DNA of 56,795 nt from an uncultured Gammaproteobacteria bacterium (GTDB taxonomy: Bacteria > Patescibacteriota > Microgenomatia > UBA1406 > GWC2-37-13), in NCBI GenBank assembly GCA_964445135.1, contig CAYUJW010000002.1, positions 1 to 56,795 of the forward strand. Reading direction: 5' to 3'. Positions within the stretch are counted from its first letter, which is position 1. Each line of letters begins with the position of its first letter. A model generated the notes under the pieces. The model ran no database searches. It worked only from the letters and a program-made list of their open reading frames with translations, and had not been told where the DNA came from. The translations under genes and the position numbers were made by a program. Positions 9,009 through 17,513 of the stretch are shown here, piece after piece.

Positions 9009-10250
9009 ATGAGTGAACGTAATCCAGCTGGTCGATATGACCGCACAAAACAATTATTAACACGTACTGCAGCAGCTGGCGTAATGCTGTGGCCGACGCA
9101 AGCGGCAGCTGCAGAAGCGCAAACATCTTTCCCATACCAGACATCAGTGGTAGACGCAGCTGCGGCGCCATTTGGCGAACAATTGCCAACTGCCTCATTT
9201 GAGCCTCAGGCAGCGCCTGGATATTCAAGCGATCCGGTTGGTCATCTGGATTTTGTTACCCGATTCCCATCAGGTATTGATGGCGTGGCGGCGATTCGTA
9301 TTGCCGGTTGGACCGGCGATCAAGACGCGCCTCAAGGGCCAGGCGAAGTACATTTTTATGAAGGATCAAATTTTGCCGGATCAGCTATTGCCTCAGGCTC
9401 CCGCCCTGATGTGGCAGCTGCTGTGCCAGGTCTGGTCGGAAAAAGCGGCTTTGATGTGGCAATTACGAGTTCGGATCAGGGAGATCAGACGTTTTGCGCG
9501 TATGGCATAGGGACAGGCGGCGGCGCACCATATGTGGGAATTGGTTGCGAAACTGAACATACCGGTGATGCGCCATTTGGCACATTTACGGCGATACAAG
9601 ATGGCGCTCGCGTGTCGGTGTTTGGTGGTGAGATCGATCCGTCACACGCCGGCACTCCCCCAATTGTGGATATTACCGTAAACGGTCAATATGTAGGTGG
9701 AGCAGCCGTTGCCGCTCATGATGAGATGGCGGCGCAGTATCCTGCATATGGAGCGCGCCGTGGATATGAGGCGGTCATTCCGCTCGCGGATGATGCGAGT
9801 GAAGTGTGTGCTGTTGGGATTGGGGTGAATGCGGCTGGCCAATTAGTGCCTGGCGAGGCTGCGACTCTGGGATGCGCTCCCCTTCAGACCCGTCAGGAGC
9901 GCGAGTTTGCCACCCTTCCTGAGGAAACTCAGGTAGCACTTATGGCTCGCAAGTTCTTTCCCGATGTGTCAGGAGTTGAGCAAGTTACTCGATGTGAGTC
10001 GACCAACAACATGAACGCACAAGGTCCATCAGGGGGAAACTACGACTATTTTGGACCGATGCAAGTGGATATGGTGCTGCATGCTGCAAAGTTTGGCGGC
10101 CTTTCGGTTGGTGAGATCAAAGCCATCATGAGTGATGCCACTCACCCGCAATACAAGGGGGTCGTGGAGACATACTTTGCTGTGGCACGACAGATTTATG
10201 AGGGGAATCGTCGCGCTTGGCCAGAGTGTGGAAGGGGTGTATTTTACTAA
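9009..10250 (+). CDS. secreted cell-wall hydrolase: two tandem beta-rich modules plus a C-terminal Rpf-like (transglycosylase-like) domain
   Basis: N-terminal hydrophobic signal-like region. Two repeats of the pattern G..D...I.GW..D...VHFY/VDITV...RPDVAAA/..YPAYG...GF/YE...CA.GIG. The C-terminus RCESTNNMNAQGPSGGNYDYFGPMQVD...AWPECG parallels the Rpf signature CESGGNW..NTGNGxYGGLQF...WPxC. Confidence 0.7.
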   Translation: MSERNPAGRYDRTKQLLTRTAAAGVMLWPTQAAAAEAQTSFPYQTSVVDAAAAPFGEQLPTASFEPQAAPGYSSDPVGHLDFVTRFPSGIDGVAAIRIAGWTGDQDAPQGPGEVHFYEGSNFAGSAIASGSRPDVAAAVPGLVGKSGFDVAITSSDQGDQTFCAYGIGTGGGAPYVGIGCETEHTGDAPFGTFTAIQDGARVSVFGGEIDPSHAGTPPIVDITVNGQYVGGAAVAAHDEMAAQYPAYGARRGYEAVIPLADDASEVCAVGIGVNAAGQLVPGEAATLGCAPLQTRQEREFATLPEETQVALMARKFFPDVSGVEQVTRCESTNNMNAQGPSGGNYDYFGPMQVDMVLHAAKFGGLSVGEIKAIMSDATHPQYKGVVETYFAVARQIYEGNRRAWPECGRGVFY

Positions 10251-10304
10251 ATAATAACCTATAGTATTGACCAATGTGCCCGCCGTGCGCTATAATTGGG
10301 GCTT

Positions 10305-11459
10305 ATGTCAAAAGAACGGAGCCCACAGCATGAGCATGCGCCCCCACTCAGTCGCTTTGATCGCGTCGTAACAACGATTGCCGCGCGTACAGAGACGCTT
10401 CGTGACGCCGTACTATCACATATGGGGAGCGAGGAATCAGAACGTGGTGAGCGCGATATGCAGCCACTTATTGATGCACAAAAAAAATTGCGCGGCGTGA
10501 TGCTTGAGGCGCCATATACACGCGAACTCTATCTGGTTGACCCCACGCTTCGGGCGTTGGCCCGCGCAAACGACCCGCACCTTGCGCAGTTTTTGTCTCA
10601 CACCTATGCGATTGCTTCAGCGGCCGAACTTGTACAACATGGGGCATCCAAGCGCTTGGTGGATCAAGCGACCGCCGAGCATTCACACAAATGGAGGCAG
10701 ACACATGCGATCGATCAGGAGTGGCTCCAGCCCACGACACCAAGCACGGTAGTTGAGGTGATTGTGCGCCAACAAGCAGCAGGTCACGTCCACTTGCTCG
10801 GAGTTGGTGCCGCCTTATATGGCGCCCACCGTCAGCTGCTGCTGAGCGCAGAAGATGGAGTAGAAGGCGTGCCGATGTGGCGCTTGCCGGGCCAAAAACG
10901 GACAGGTTTGTTTGACCGCCCAACGCACGCGCAGACTGAAGCACAGATTGCCGCGCCCTCCCCCACACAATTGACTGATCTAACGTTGATCGTTGGGCCG
11001 CAACAACCACCTCCCCCACCAGGCGCCACAGATATCCCGATGCCCGGCCATATTGTAGTACCAGTGTGGCAAACGCGTGCGGCTGGCGATCGCATACATC
11101 CCTTGGCCCAGACGATTGTTGTTTCGGGGGAAAACACTGCGCAAATACTCAGATCTGAGCAGGCCGCCCATATGGACGTGCTGATTGTTGGTCATGACGG
11201 TCTGCGTAGTGCGCTTGCCGCGCAAGCTGCAGCATATAGCACCATTACATCCCCAACATTTAAGTCGCGTTATGGCGAATTGCCTATTGAGTCAGCGTTT
11301 CCCAAACTTACGCGTATCATGGATCATGTGGATGTACGTACTGCTCAAATCATGTACGCTGCGATGCGTGAAGAAGGAGCGGGGCTCGGGGTTGAGGTGT
11401 ATGATGTGCCTGGGTTGTGTGAGCTGCGTGCCAAAATAAGCACGTGCACTGCTTTCTAA
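10305..11459 (+). CDS. hypothetical cytoplasmic protein (PPPPPG tract)
   Basis: Long ORF. I moved the start from the track TTG (10296) to the ATG at 10305, which lies 8 nt after TATAAT (10291-10296). No motif recognised. Confidence 0.55.
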   Translation: MSKERSPQHEHAPPLSRFDRVVTTIAARTETLRDAVLSHMGSEESERGERDMQPLIDAQKKLRGVMLEAPYTRELYLVDPTLRALARANDPHLAQFLSHTYAIASAAELVQHGASKRLVDQATAEHSHKWRQTHAIDQEWLQPTTPSTVVEVIVRQQAAGHVHLLGVGAALYGAHRQLLLSAEDGVEGVPMWRLPGQKRTGLFDRPTHAQTEAQIAAPSPTQLTDLTLIVGPQQPPPPPGATDIPMPGHIVVPVWQTRAAGDRIHPLAQTIVVSGENTAQILRSEQAAHMDVLIVGHDGLRSALAAQAAAYSTITSPTFKSRYGELPIESAFPKLTRIMDHVDVRTAQIMYAAMREEGAGLGVEVYDVPGLCELRAKISTCTAF

Positions 11460-11480
11460 ATGAACATTCGTTTAAGCGCG

Positions 11481-14400
11481 TTATGCTCCTCCTCCGCTGA
11501 GAGTGTTCCCGACTGCCGCGCCAGCTGCGGCGGCCGCTGCTGCTGTGACTAACAACGCTTTGACGATTGCATCGCGAGTGGCCGGATCAATCTCTTCCCA
11601 CACCCAGTAGGTATCTGTGGACTCAGGCGGCAGGTATTTGGCAATAATGCGATGAACTTCATCAGGATTGGCTTGAATATATTCATGAAGCTGCAGCTGC
11701 TGTGCCAGCGCATCAGGACCAAACTTTCCGCGCTCTGAAGCGATGTGCGCTTCAATGGCCGGGCCGTCTTCAGCAATGATTTTCATGACTTGATCCATGG
11801 TAAGTGGGGGCTGGTTTGCTGTCTCACCTTGTGACTCACGCACTGCATCGCTCAGGCTGGCCGACCCGTCAGGCAATGTGGCGGCGTGTTGTGCAGTTGC
11901 CGCGACAATTGGCCCATCAGACATGGTCATCGCCTCACTCATGTCGGGCGTCACCATGGGCTCGCTCATCGCATCGTGTCCTTCAGGGGTAATTGGGGTC
12001 CCATCAGGGTTATAGTCACTGGGGTTGGTGTATCCAGATGGCGGCACCTCGACGGCATTGTCGCCGCGGCGATCAGGCTCCACCAATGGTTGGGTCATGG
12101 TGTCCCCGGCTTGCACCTCAACGCCATTCCCCTCCCCTGCTGATTCGCTCCCCGCCCCCGCGTCATCCACGCGGTTGAGGTTTTCTGGCGCATCAGGCTC
12201 AGTGGGTGTGAGTGGAGTTGATCGTGGATTTTGCCAGTCGCGAGTGAGCAAAAATGCTTCATAGGCTTGATTGATGAGTATCATGACTTCTGCTCGATCT
12301 TCAAGATTTGCATTGCTCATTTCTCGTTGTCCTTCAAGCCATGCATTGATATTGGCTTCTCCCGCAAGTGCTGCGAGGTTGCGATAGGTGGCAATGATGG
12401 TTGGGTCATCTCCCAATGTGTTGGCGTCTAAGTAGTTGTCTGCACCTTCTATAATGCGCGACTCAATAACATCGTATGTGCGACGAATGGCTTCTGAGCT
12501 ATTGTATGACTCGACTGCCATCTGATCATAGGTTGCAATATCGATGCGACGAAGCGCTCCCTCATGAGCTTCGACCTCATGTCGAATACTGCTGTATTCG
12601 GCCACATCAATTGCCAACAATTCAAGGACTGACGTGTATTGCCCCTTGGCAAGCGCGAGCAATAGATCAGTTTCGTATGCGGTCACATCGTGTGCTGATT
12701 GGCGTTGAATGGCGGCTAATTGCTCCTCATGCGTGTCGGCGGCTTGCGCCTCACGACGAAGGGTGAGCGAAGATTCGGTAACGAGTGAGTTTGCAATTGT
12801 TTGTGTATCAAGCTGTTGTTCAACGAGCGCAATATATATCAATTGGCGCGCTGCATCAGGATGTGTGCTCATGTACATCTGTGCCACGGGGTCCAATATT
12901 TCCTGCGTCATTTTTTCAAACGCTTGCTCGGGGGTGTAGTTTGAAGGAATGGGTGCTTCAAGGCGCGCGGCAAGTTGTGCACGATACTTATCGCCCGCTA
13001 TGGTAATCAAATCGCTATATGATGGAACATTACTGCCCTCAATCTGTGGTCCATATAGTTGGATAAAATTGTTCAGTGATGTGGGTCCCAGGATTTCAAG
13101 GAGCATGTCATACGTTTTTTGCACATCAGGTGGAATAGGCTCTCCATCCATGGCATTTAAGGCAATGATCGTAATATGGTCTGAGGTTGCAAGGTAGGTA
13201 GTTCGCAGGACTTCAAGGGGAGAAAGATTGCCTGTCAGTTCATTCTCCAATAAAATTTCAGGATTCAGCCGCGCCATCAAATCGCGATTGATGTAGACGA
13301 CGTCAGCCACCGCATCGTATGCGGGCATGGAAATGGCGATTGTGCGCGCGATCACGTCTGGATTATTTTGTGCGCTGAGCAAAGCGGTTCGATATGCTTG
13401 AAGTGTTGATTCGCGAATTGTGGTTTGTGTGCGTAAAAAGACAAGAATCTCCTCTTCACTTCCCGCGGTCATGATGCCGACTTCAATACGATTAATATAA
13501 GCTTCATACAGCTTGTTCTGAATGGCAGACGTTGGCTCAAATGAGTATTGCTGCACTATTTCACGCGCGGCCACAGGATTCGTCTGTATAAACATGGCAA
13601 CGACTGGGTCAGTCATCTGTTGCAATATGCGTGCCACTTCGTCCTCTGCTCCCCCGCCCGCAGGACCCATGTTTTCACTTTTATGAATTGATCCTTTGGT
13701 CTGTGTGTAGCGATCAACCTGAGATTGCATTGTCTCACGTGCCAGGCTGTTTAGATCGGCCGACGAAGTTGCGCGATCAAGCAATGCTGCCGCAACCTGT
13801 GGGTCAATTTTCAAAATATCAACAAGATATTGAACACCCTCCTCGTGGGGGCGCGCACTTGCTGAGCGGATCTGGCTTGCATATTGGGCAGTATAGGTGT
13901 CTTTGATTGTCGCGGCGATAGTTGAGGAGTCTGTCGCGCCGCCCTCGAGCAGGTCTTGGATCAGCCGGGAAACAATCATATAACCGGCTGTATCGCGCAT
14001 CAAATATTGCATGGTTGGATCAGTCATGAGGGCATTGATCGTGTTGTGATAGGCTTCGCCCCCGGCGCTTGGCCCATGATTGACGCTTGGTAAATACTGT
14101 TGGATCACGCCGCGTACATGTTCGCTGTTTTGCAAATCAGCAAGCTTTACCTCTGGGTGCTCTTTGAGAATGATAGCCAATTGCGCCATCTCCTCGGCGG
14201 CCAGGCCTGGAAACTGTTCTTGTACGCGCGTCAAAAACTCCACAACTGACACGGCATACAGGAGCTGTTCAACTTCATCAGTTACGCCTGCCGATCGATT
14301 ATGAGTAATCACGCGCTGCGCATAGTGAACTTGCTCATTTGCGGGATAATATTTGCCAGGCATGGGAAGTGCGACGCCTGGTCGAAGCGCTTGAGGATCT

Positions 14401-15725
14401 CCTCCCCATACGGCAATCATCTCGCGTGTTTCGCGCACTAATATTTGATCAAAGAGTTCTGGGGTGATGACAGTTGATGGGTCACTCGGCGTGTCTGAGA
14501 GGCGGTAGAGCTCACCTCTGGCCTGCAGCTCTTCCAGGCGCGCTCGGAGTATGCCCATTGGCACCTCGCCGGTTGCCACACTATGAAGGCGATATCCTTC
14601 TTGAAAGTTTGAGAGGTCATTTGGTGTCAATGCGTCTTCGGGAAGCACCAAAGCGCGGGTGAGCTGGTCGGTAATCTGAACGAAGGTGCCGAATTCTGAG
14701 AGATAAAAGCTGCCGCGCGGATCAAGAACATACCCATCGTAGGTGGTGTGAGCGCCTGTTCCGTAGACTTCTTGTGCGATACGGGTTTTTTCATCGTTGA
14801 GGGCGAGGCGGTTAGCATATTCTGCTTGTGCCAGTCGCGCATCTTGCGCCTCTTGCACTTCTTGGGGAGTTTTCCCCGTGGCAATCTCTACAAGCTTACT
14901 CTCAAATTGATCCATCCCCTGCTGCACTGAGGGCGGCATTCGATCATGGTTGGCCCGCGCAATCGCATATACGACGACTGGGCTTACTCCAACAATCTCA
15001 AGTTTTCGCTTTGCAATAAACTCCCCTACTTGGCGGGCCACTTCTTGTGAGTCGGCGTCCCAAATAAGCAGCGCAATTTGATCAGGTCCAACACTTGCTT
15101 GAAGGGCGCGGATATCAACTGCTGCATCTTGGTCAATCACACGTACTTCGTAGGGCGCATGTGATTGTTCGGTGGCAGCAGGCGCCTCGGCAGCTGCTGG
15201 TTGAGTGGTTTCACTCGGTGTTTGTTGGGGTTGCGTCTGCGCGCTATGCGTGAGACCAAGGTCGGCTTTCAGGCGCGTAGCTTCTGAGACGCTTATGGTG
15301 ACTGGTGTTTCAGGGTTCAGGTTATTTGGGTCGATGGTTGGATTGCGCGCTGCTATGTCCTTCACCAGCATTCCAACAGCTTGCGCCAAGCGTGGGTCTG
15401 CTGCGGTTTGTTCGGGCGTTACGCCTAAGCAGGCGCGGGCCATGTTCATGAGGGTGTCCCCTGGCGCAATAATGTGTGTGGCAATGATCGTATCTGGTGT
15501 GGCGCCGCCGCCAGGTGTGGCCGGCACTTCGGTCATCACGTTGGCAAATGACACTCCACATTGCGTGACTTCCGCTTGGGCGGCAGGAGTGAGCGTTTCA
15601 AATCCGAAGGGGTGTGATTGCTGGGCACCGACTTGCTCGGCCATAAACAATGCGCCGGCTGCCGCGCCAACTGTTACCGCCAGTTCTGCTCGGCGCGTCC
15701 TATGTGGTTGGTGTTCTCGTGTCAT
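11481..15725 (-). CDS. giant (1414 aa) secreted or membrane-anchored protein with an N-terminal LysM-like domain and a largely helical repetitive body
   Basis: N-terminus RTRRAELAVTVGAAAGALFMA (RR plus hydrophobic). HIIAPGDTLMNMARACLGV...NPETPVTISV is LysM-like. A recurring motif appears three times: MTDPTMQYLMRD / MTDPVVAMFIQTNPVAAREIV / ILDPVAQMYMSTHPDAARQLI. There is an acidic Pro-rich linker and an Ala/Gly-rich hydrophobic C-terminus. Confidence 0.75.
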   Translation of the reverse strand: MTREHQPHRTRRAELAVTVGAAAGALFMAEQVGAQQSHPFGFETLTPAAQAEVTQCGVSFANVMTEVPATPGGGATPDTIIATHIIAPGDTLMNMARACLGVTPEQTAADPRLAQAVGMLVKDIAARNPTIDPNNLNPETPVTISVSEATRLKADLGLTHSAQTQPQQTPSETTQPAAAEAPAATEQSHAPYEVRVIDQDAAVDIRALQASVGPDQIALLIWDADSQEVARQVGEFIAKRKLEIVGVSPVVVYAIARANHDRMPPSVQQGMDQFESKLVEIATGKTPQEVQEAQDARLAQAEYANRLALNDEKTRIAQEVYGTGAHTTYDGYVLDPRGSFYLSEFGTFVQITDQLTRALVLPEDALTPNDLSNFQEGYRLHSVATGEVPMGILRARLEELQARGELYRLSDTPSDPSTVITPELFDQILVRETREMIAVWGGDPQALRPGVALPMPGKYYPANEQVHYAQRVITHNRSAGVTDEVEQLLYAVSVVEFLTRVQEQFPGLAAEEMAQLAIILKEHPEVKLADLQNSEHVRGVIQQYLPSVNHGPSAGGEAYHNTINALMTDPTMQYLMRDTAGYMIVSRLIQDLLEGGATDSSTIAATIKDTYTAQYASQIRSASARPHEEGVQYLVDILKIDPQVAAALLDRATSSADLNSLARETMQSQVDRYTQTKGSIHKSENMGPAGGGAEDEVARILQQMTDPVVAMFIQTNPVAAREIVQQYSFEPTSAIQNKLYEAYINRIEVGIMTAGSEEEILVFLRTQTTIRESTLQAYRTALLSAQNNPDVIARTIAISMPAYDAVADVVYINRDLMARLNPEILLENELTGNLSPLEVLRTTYLATSDHITIIALNAMDGEPIPPDVQKTYDMLLEILGPTSLNNFIQLYGPQIEGSNVPSYSDLITIAGDKYRAQLAARLEAPIPSNYTPEQAFEKMTQEILDPVAQMYMSTHPDAARQLIYIALVEQQLDTQTIANSLVTESSLTLRREAQAADTHEEQLAAIQRQSAHDVTAYETDLLLALAKGQYTSVLELLAIDVAEYSSIRHEVEAHEGALRRIDIATYDQMAVESYNSSEAIRRTYDVIESRIIEGADNYLDANTLGDDPTIIATYRNLAALAGEANINAWLEGQREMSNANLEDRAEVMILINQAYEAFLLTRDWQNPRSTPLTPTEPDAPENLNRVDDAGAGSESAGEGNGVEVQAGDTMTQPLVEPDRRGDNAVEVPPSGYTNPSDYNPDGTPITPEGHDAMSEPMVTPDMSEAMTMSDGPIVAATAQHAATLPDGSASLSDAVRESQGETANQPPLTMDQVMKIIAEDGPAIEAHIASERGKFGPDALAQQLQLHEYIQANPDEVHRIIAKYLPPESTDTYWVWEEIDPATRDAIVKALLVTAAAAAAAGAAVGNTLSGGGA

Positions 15726-15771
15726 AAAAAATTAGCCTGATTGAGGCTTTCGGTGAATTATATGCTGCGGC

Positions 15772-16062
15772 TTATTGGTGGCAGACGGCCTCCAAGAGCG
15801 ATTGTTCCCCGGCTGCGTTCATGGTCGCAACATGTGGCGCCAGATATTCGGGCTCACATAAATCAGTGCTCTGCACTGTTGTCGACATATCAATTGGCAT
15901 TCCGGTTTGTTCGATGTGTTGGCGCACTGCGTCAGACAATGAGGCTGTGGGAGGGGTCACTTCTGGTGCGCAGGATGTGGAAAGCGTAAATAATCCAACA
16001 AGTGCCAGGCGTGCGACGAGCTTTGGTGAATGTTCGGGGTTGGATGAATGTATTTCTTTCAT
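15772..16062 (-). CDS. small putative lipoprotein
   Basis: Trimmed to MKEIHSS...LALVGLFTLSTSC (signal peptide with a Cys, lipobox-like). TATACT lies 12 nt upstream. The gene sits immediately upstream of the giant gene on the same strand. Confidence 0.45.
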   Translation of the reverse strand: MKEIHSSNPEHSPKLVARLALVGLFTLSTSCAPEVTPPTASLSDAVRQHIEQTGMPIDMSTTVQSTDLCEPEYLAPHVATMNAAGEQSLLEAVCHQ

Positions 16063-16204
16063 AGTCAGAGCCCCAGTATACAAAAAATAGGCCTTGTATG
16101 CAATACTATAAGACAGGAAAATACCTACTAAATATAAATGTGGAGATGTCAATACGCTGTGTAGACAGCCGCAAGTGAAGAAAGAGTGATTCGCAGCATA
16201 TATT

Positions 16205-16328
16205 GCTATGAGTTTTGTGGGTGAAGATTGTCATGGTGTGTGGTGGCCAGCTCAGGGAGGGCTGGTTTGAAGCATAAGGCGCTTCGCCATGACAATCTTC
16301 GTCAATATCTTTTTTGTTCTTTTTTTTG
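16205..16328 (+). ncRNA. candidate small RNA or orphan intrinsic terminator: 14-bp perfect stem, inner hairpin, then a T-tract
   Basis: The arm gaagattgtcatgg (16223-16236) pairs with ccatgacaatcttc (16287-16300). The inner stem is ccagc/gctgg (16247-16251 / 16261-16265). Downstream is tcttttttgttcttttttttggg. TATATT lies near 16197. No plus-strand CDS sits upstream. Confidence 0.35.
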
Positions 16329-16385
16329 GGTTTTGGGGTATGCGGACATTTCGTCTACATGAGAACGGACTTATTACAAGTAGAA

Positions 16386-16405
16386 GTTGAACGGTCAAGT
16401 TCAAC
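16386..16405. promoter_or_regulatory. palindromic site GTTGAAC-N6-GTTCAAC (operator candidate)
   Basis: Perfect 7-bp arms. The flanks tagaaGTTGA...TCAACAG are shared with the site at 17395-17413. Confidence 0.5.
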
Positions 16406-16463
16406 AGATACTTTTATCCCTTTTGCTTTTTTAAAAAAAGCGCAGTGGACAAAGCGGTGGGCG

Positions 16464-16534
16464 GGATTGTGGGGAGGCCGATATGTAGGCTTCCGCGTCG
16501 TTGTTATGGCAAGCCAAAAGGCTCCCCACAATCC
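16464..16534. repeat. long hairpin (13-bp perfect stem, 45-nt loop)
   Basis: ggattgtggggag (16464-16476) pairs with ctccccacaatcc (16522-16534). Confidence 0.7.
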
Positions 16535-16702
16535 ACACCATCACGGCAATAGTTGGCTACCCGAGGGTGGTCAACGCGCCTGTGGGGCAAAGCCCCCTCA
16601 GTGATCGAGAAGTGATCGAAGCGATCACGGACACGCTTCCATGGCTTATTTCAGCGCAGGACAGCAAAGGCGTAACATATTCGTCACGTTGGATAAATCG
16701 CG

Positions 16703-17356
16703 CTACGGGAGCTGCCAGAACCCAAGCTCTGCGACTCGTGCAGGGAGCTGAGGATTGATTTCATGCAGCTTCTCTCGGAAGCGTGGATCCGTGTTGAACG
16801 CGCCGATTGGCCCGCTCATGTCTGCGGTATACGCTCCGATGTCGATTTGGGTTTTTTTCTTTCCCCCTTTATTACTCCCACTCATGAGAATAAAAATGAG
16901 TGCTAGTACTGCGACTGCGGCGGCGAGCAAAAACATGGCGATAATTGCCAGCAATTTGATCACCTCCCAAATGGCGACGAAAAAGTTTTCATCGTGGCCA
17001 TCGTAGTCTTCAATGTTGCTTGCCCGCCATGAGCTGGTGTTGTAGAATTCTACAACACGAAAAACGATTCCATCGTTCTCAGACACGGCGAACATTTCGC
17101 GCGTGGGGAGCGCGAAGAACGCAAAAAACGTTCCATTGCGTTCGATCCTCGAGATTGTTGGTGCCCAGCGGACTCCAGAAGGAAGCGTTACCGCTTCGCC
17201 TTGGACCGCGTACCCCTTGAGGTACAAGCCAGGAATAGCCTCTCGCCAGTCTGAGGCATCGTTCGTCGAAGCTCCCAATTGACTTGGCAAAGCAGGTGCA
17301 ACGGCCGCTGCGGCTGCAACTCCCATCAAGGAGAGCAATCTTCTTCTACTCAGCAT
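16703..17356 (-). CDS. paralogue A of an uncharacterised signal-peptide/single-TM protein family
   Basis: SRRRLLSLMGVAAAAAV (Tat-like), conserved block VRWAPTISRIERNGTFFAFFALP, TM helix LLAIIAMFLLAAAVAVLALIFIL followed by KGGKKK, and a C-terminal tail ending FWQLP. About 50% identical by eye to 18319..19020 over the ectodomain. Confidence 0.75.
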   Translation of the reverse strand: MLSRRRLLSLMGVAAAAAVAPALPSQLGASTNDASDWREAIPGLYLKGYAVQGEAVTLPSGVRWAPTISRIERNGTFFAFFALPTREMFAVSENDGIVFRVVEFYNTSSWRASNIEDYDGHDENFFVAIWEVIKLLAIIAMFLLAAAVAVLALIFILMSGSNKGGKKKTQIDIGAYTADMSGPIGAFNTDPRFREKLHEINPQLPARVAELGFWQLP

Positions 17357-17394
17357 TCTTCCTTCTTTCGCTTCTTTACATTCTTACGATAGAA

Positions 17395-17413
17395 GTTGAC
17401 CGGAGAGGTCAAC
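17395..17413. promoter_or_regulatory. palindromic site GTTGACC-N5-GGTCAAC about 40 nt upstream of paralogue A (operator overlapping a -35-like TTGACC)
   Basis: Perfect 7-bp arms. On the minus strand TTGACC is followed by TAAGAAT and then the ATG at 17356. Confidence 0.5.
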
Positions 17414-17513
17414 AGGCACACCTCCAGACGGCTTTGCAAGCATTGCGTGCTCACTATCCGCGCCGGATGGTCATGATAATCCCATAGGGATCCTGTTTTA
17501 GTGCGTCAGCCTA

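Noticed and set aside
11549-15735. About 20 short ORFs nested on both strands within the giant gene
   Set aside because: They are all contained in a single uninterrupted 4.2-kb frame with a coherent domain layout. The nested frames are short and compositionally biased (Ala/Arg/Cys-rich).
16314-16758. ORFs 16314..16604 and 16501..16758
   Set aside because: They run across long perfect hairpins and a T-tract, have no start signals, and the second overlaps the 3' end of paralogue A. I interpreted the region as non-coding.
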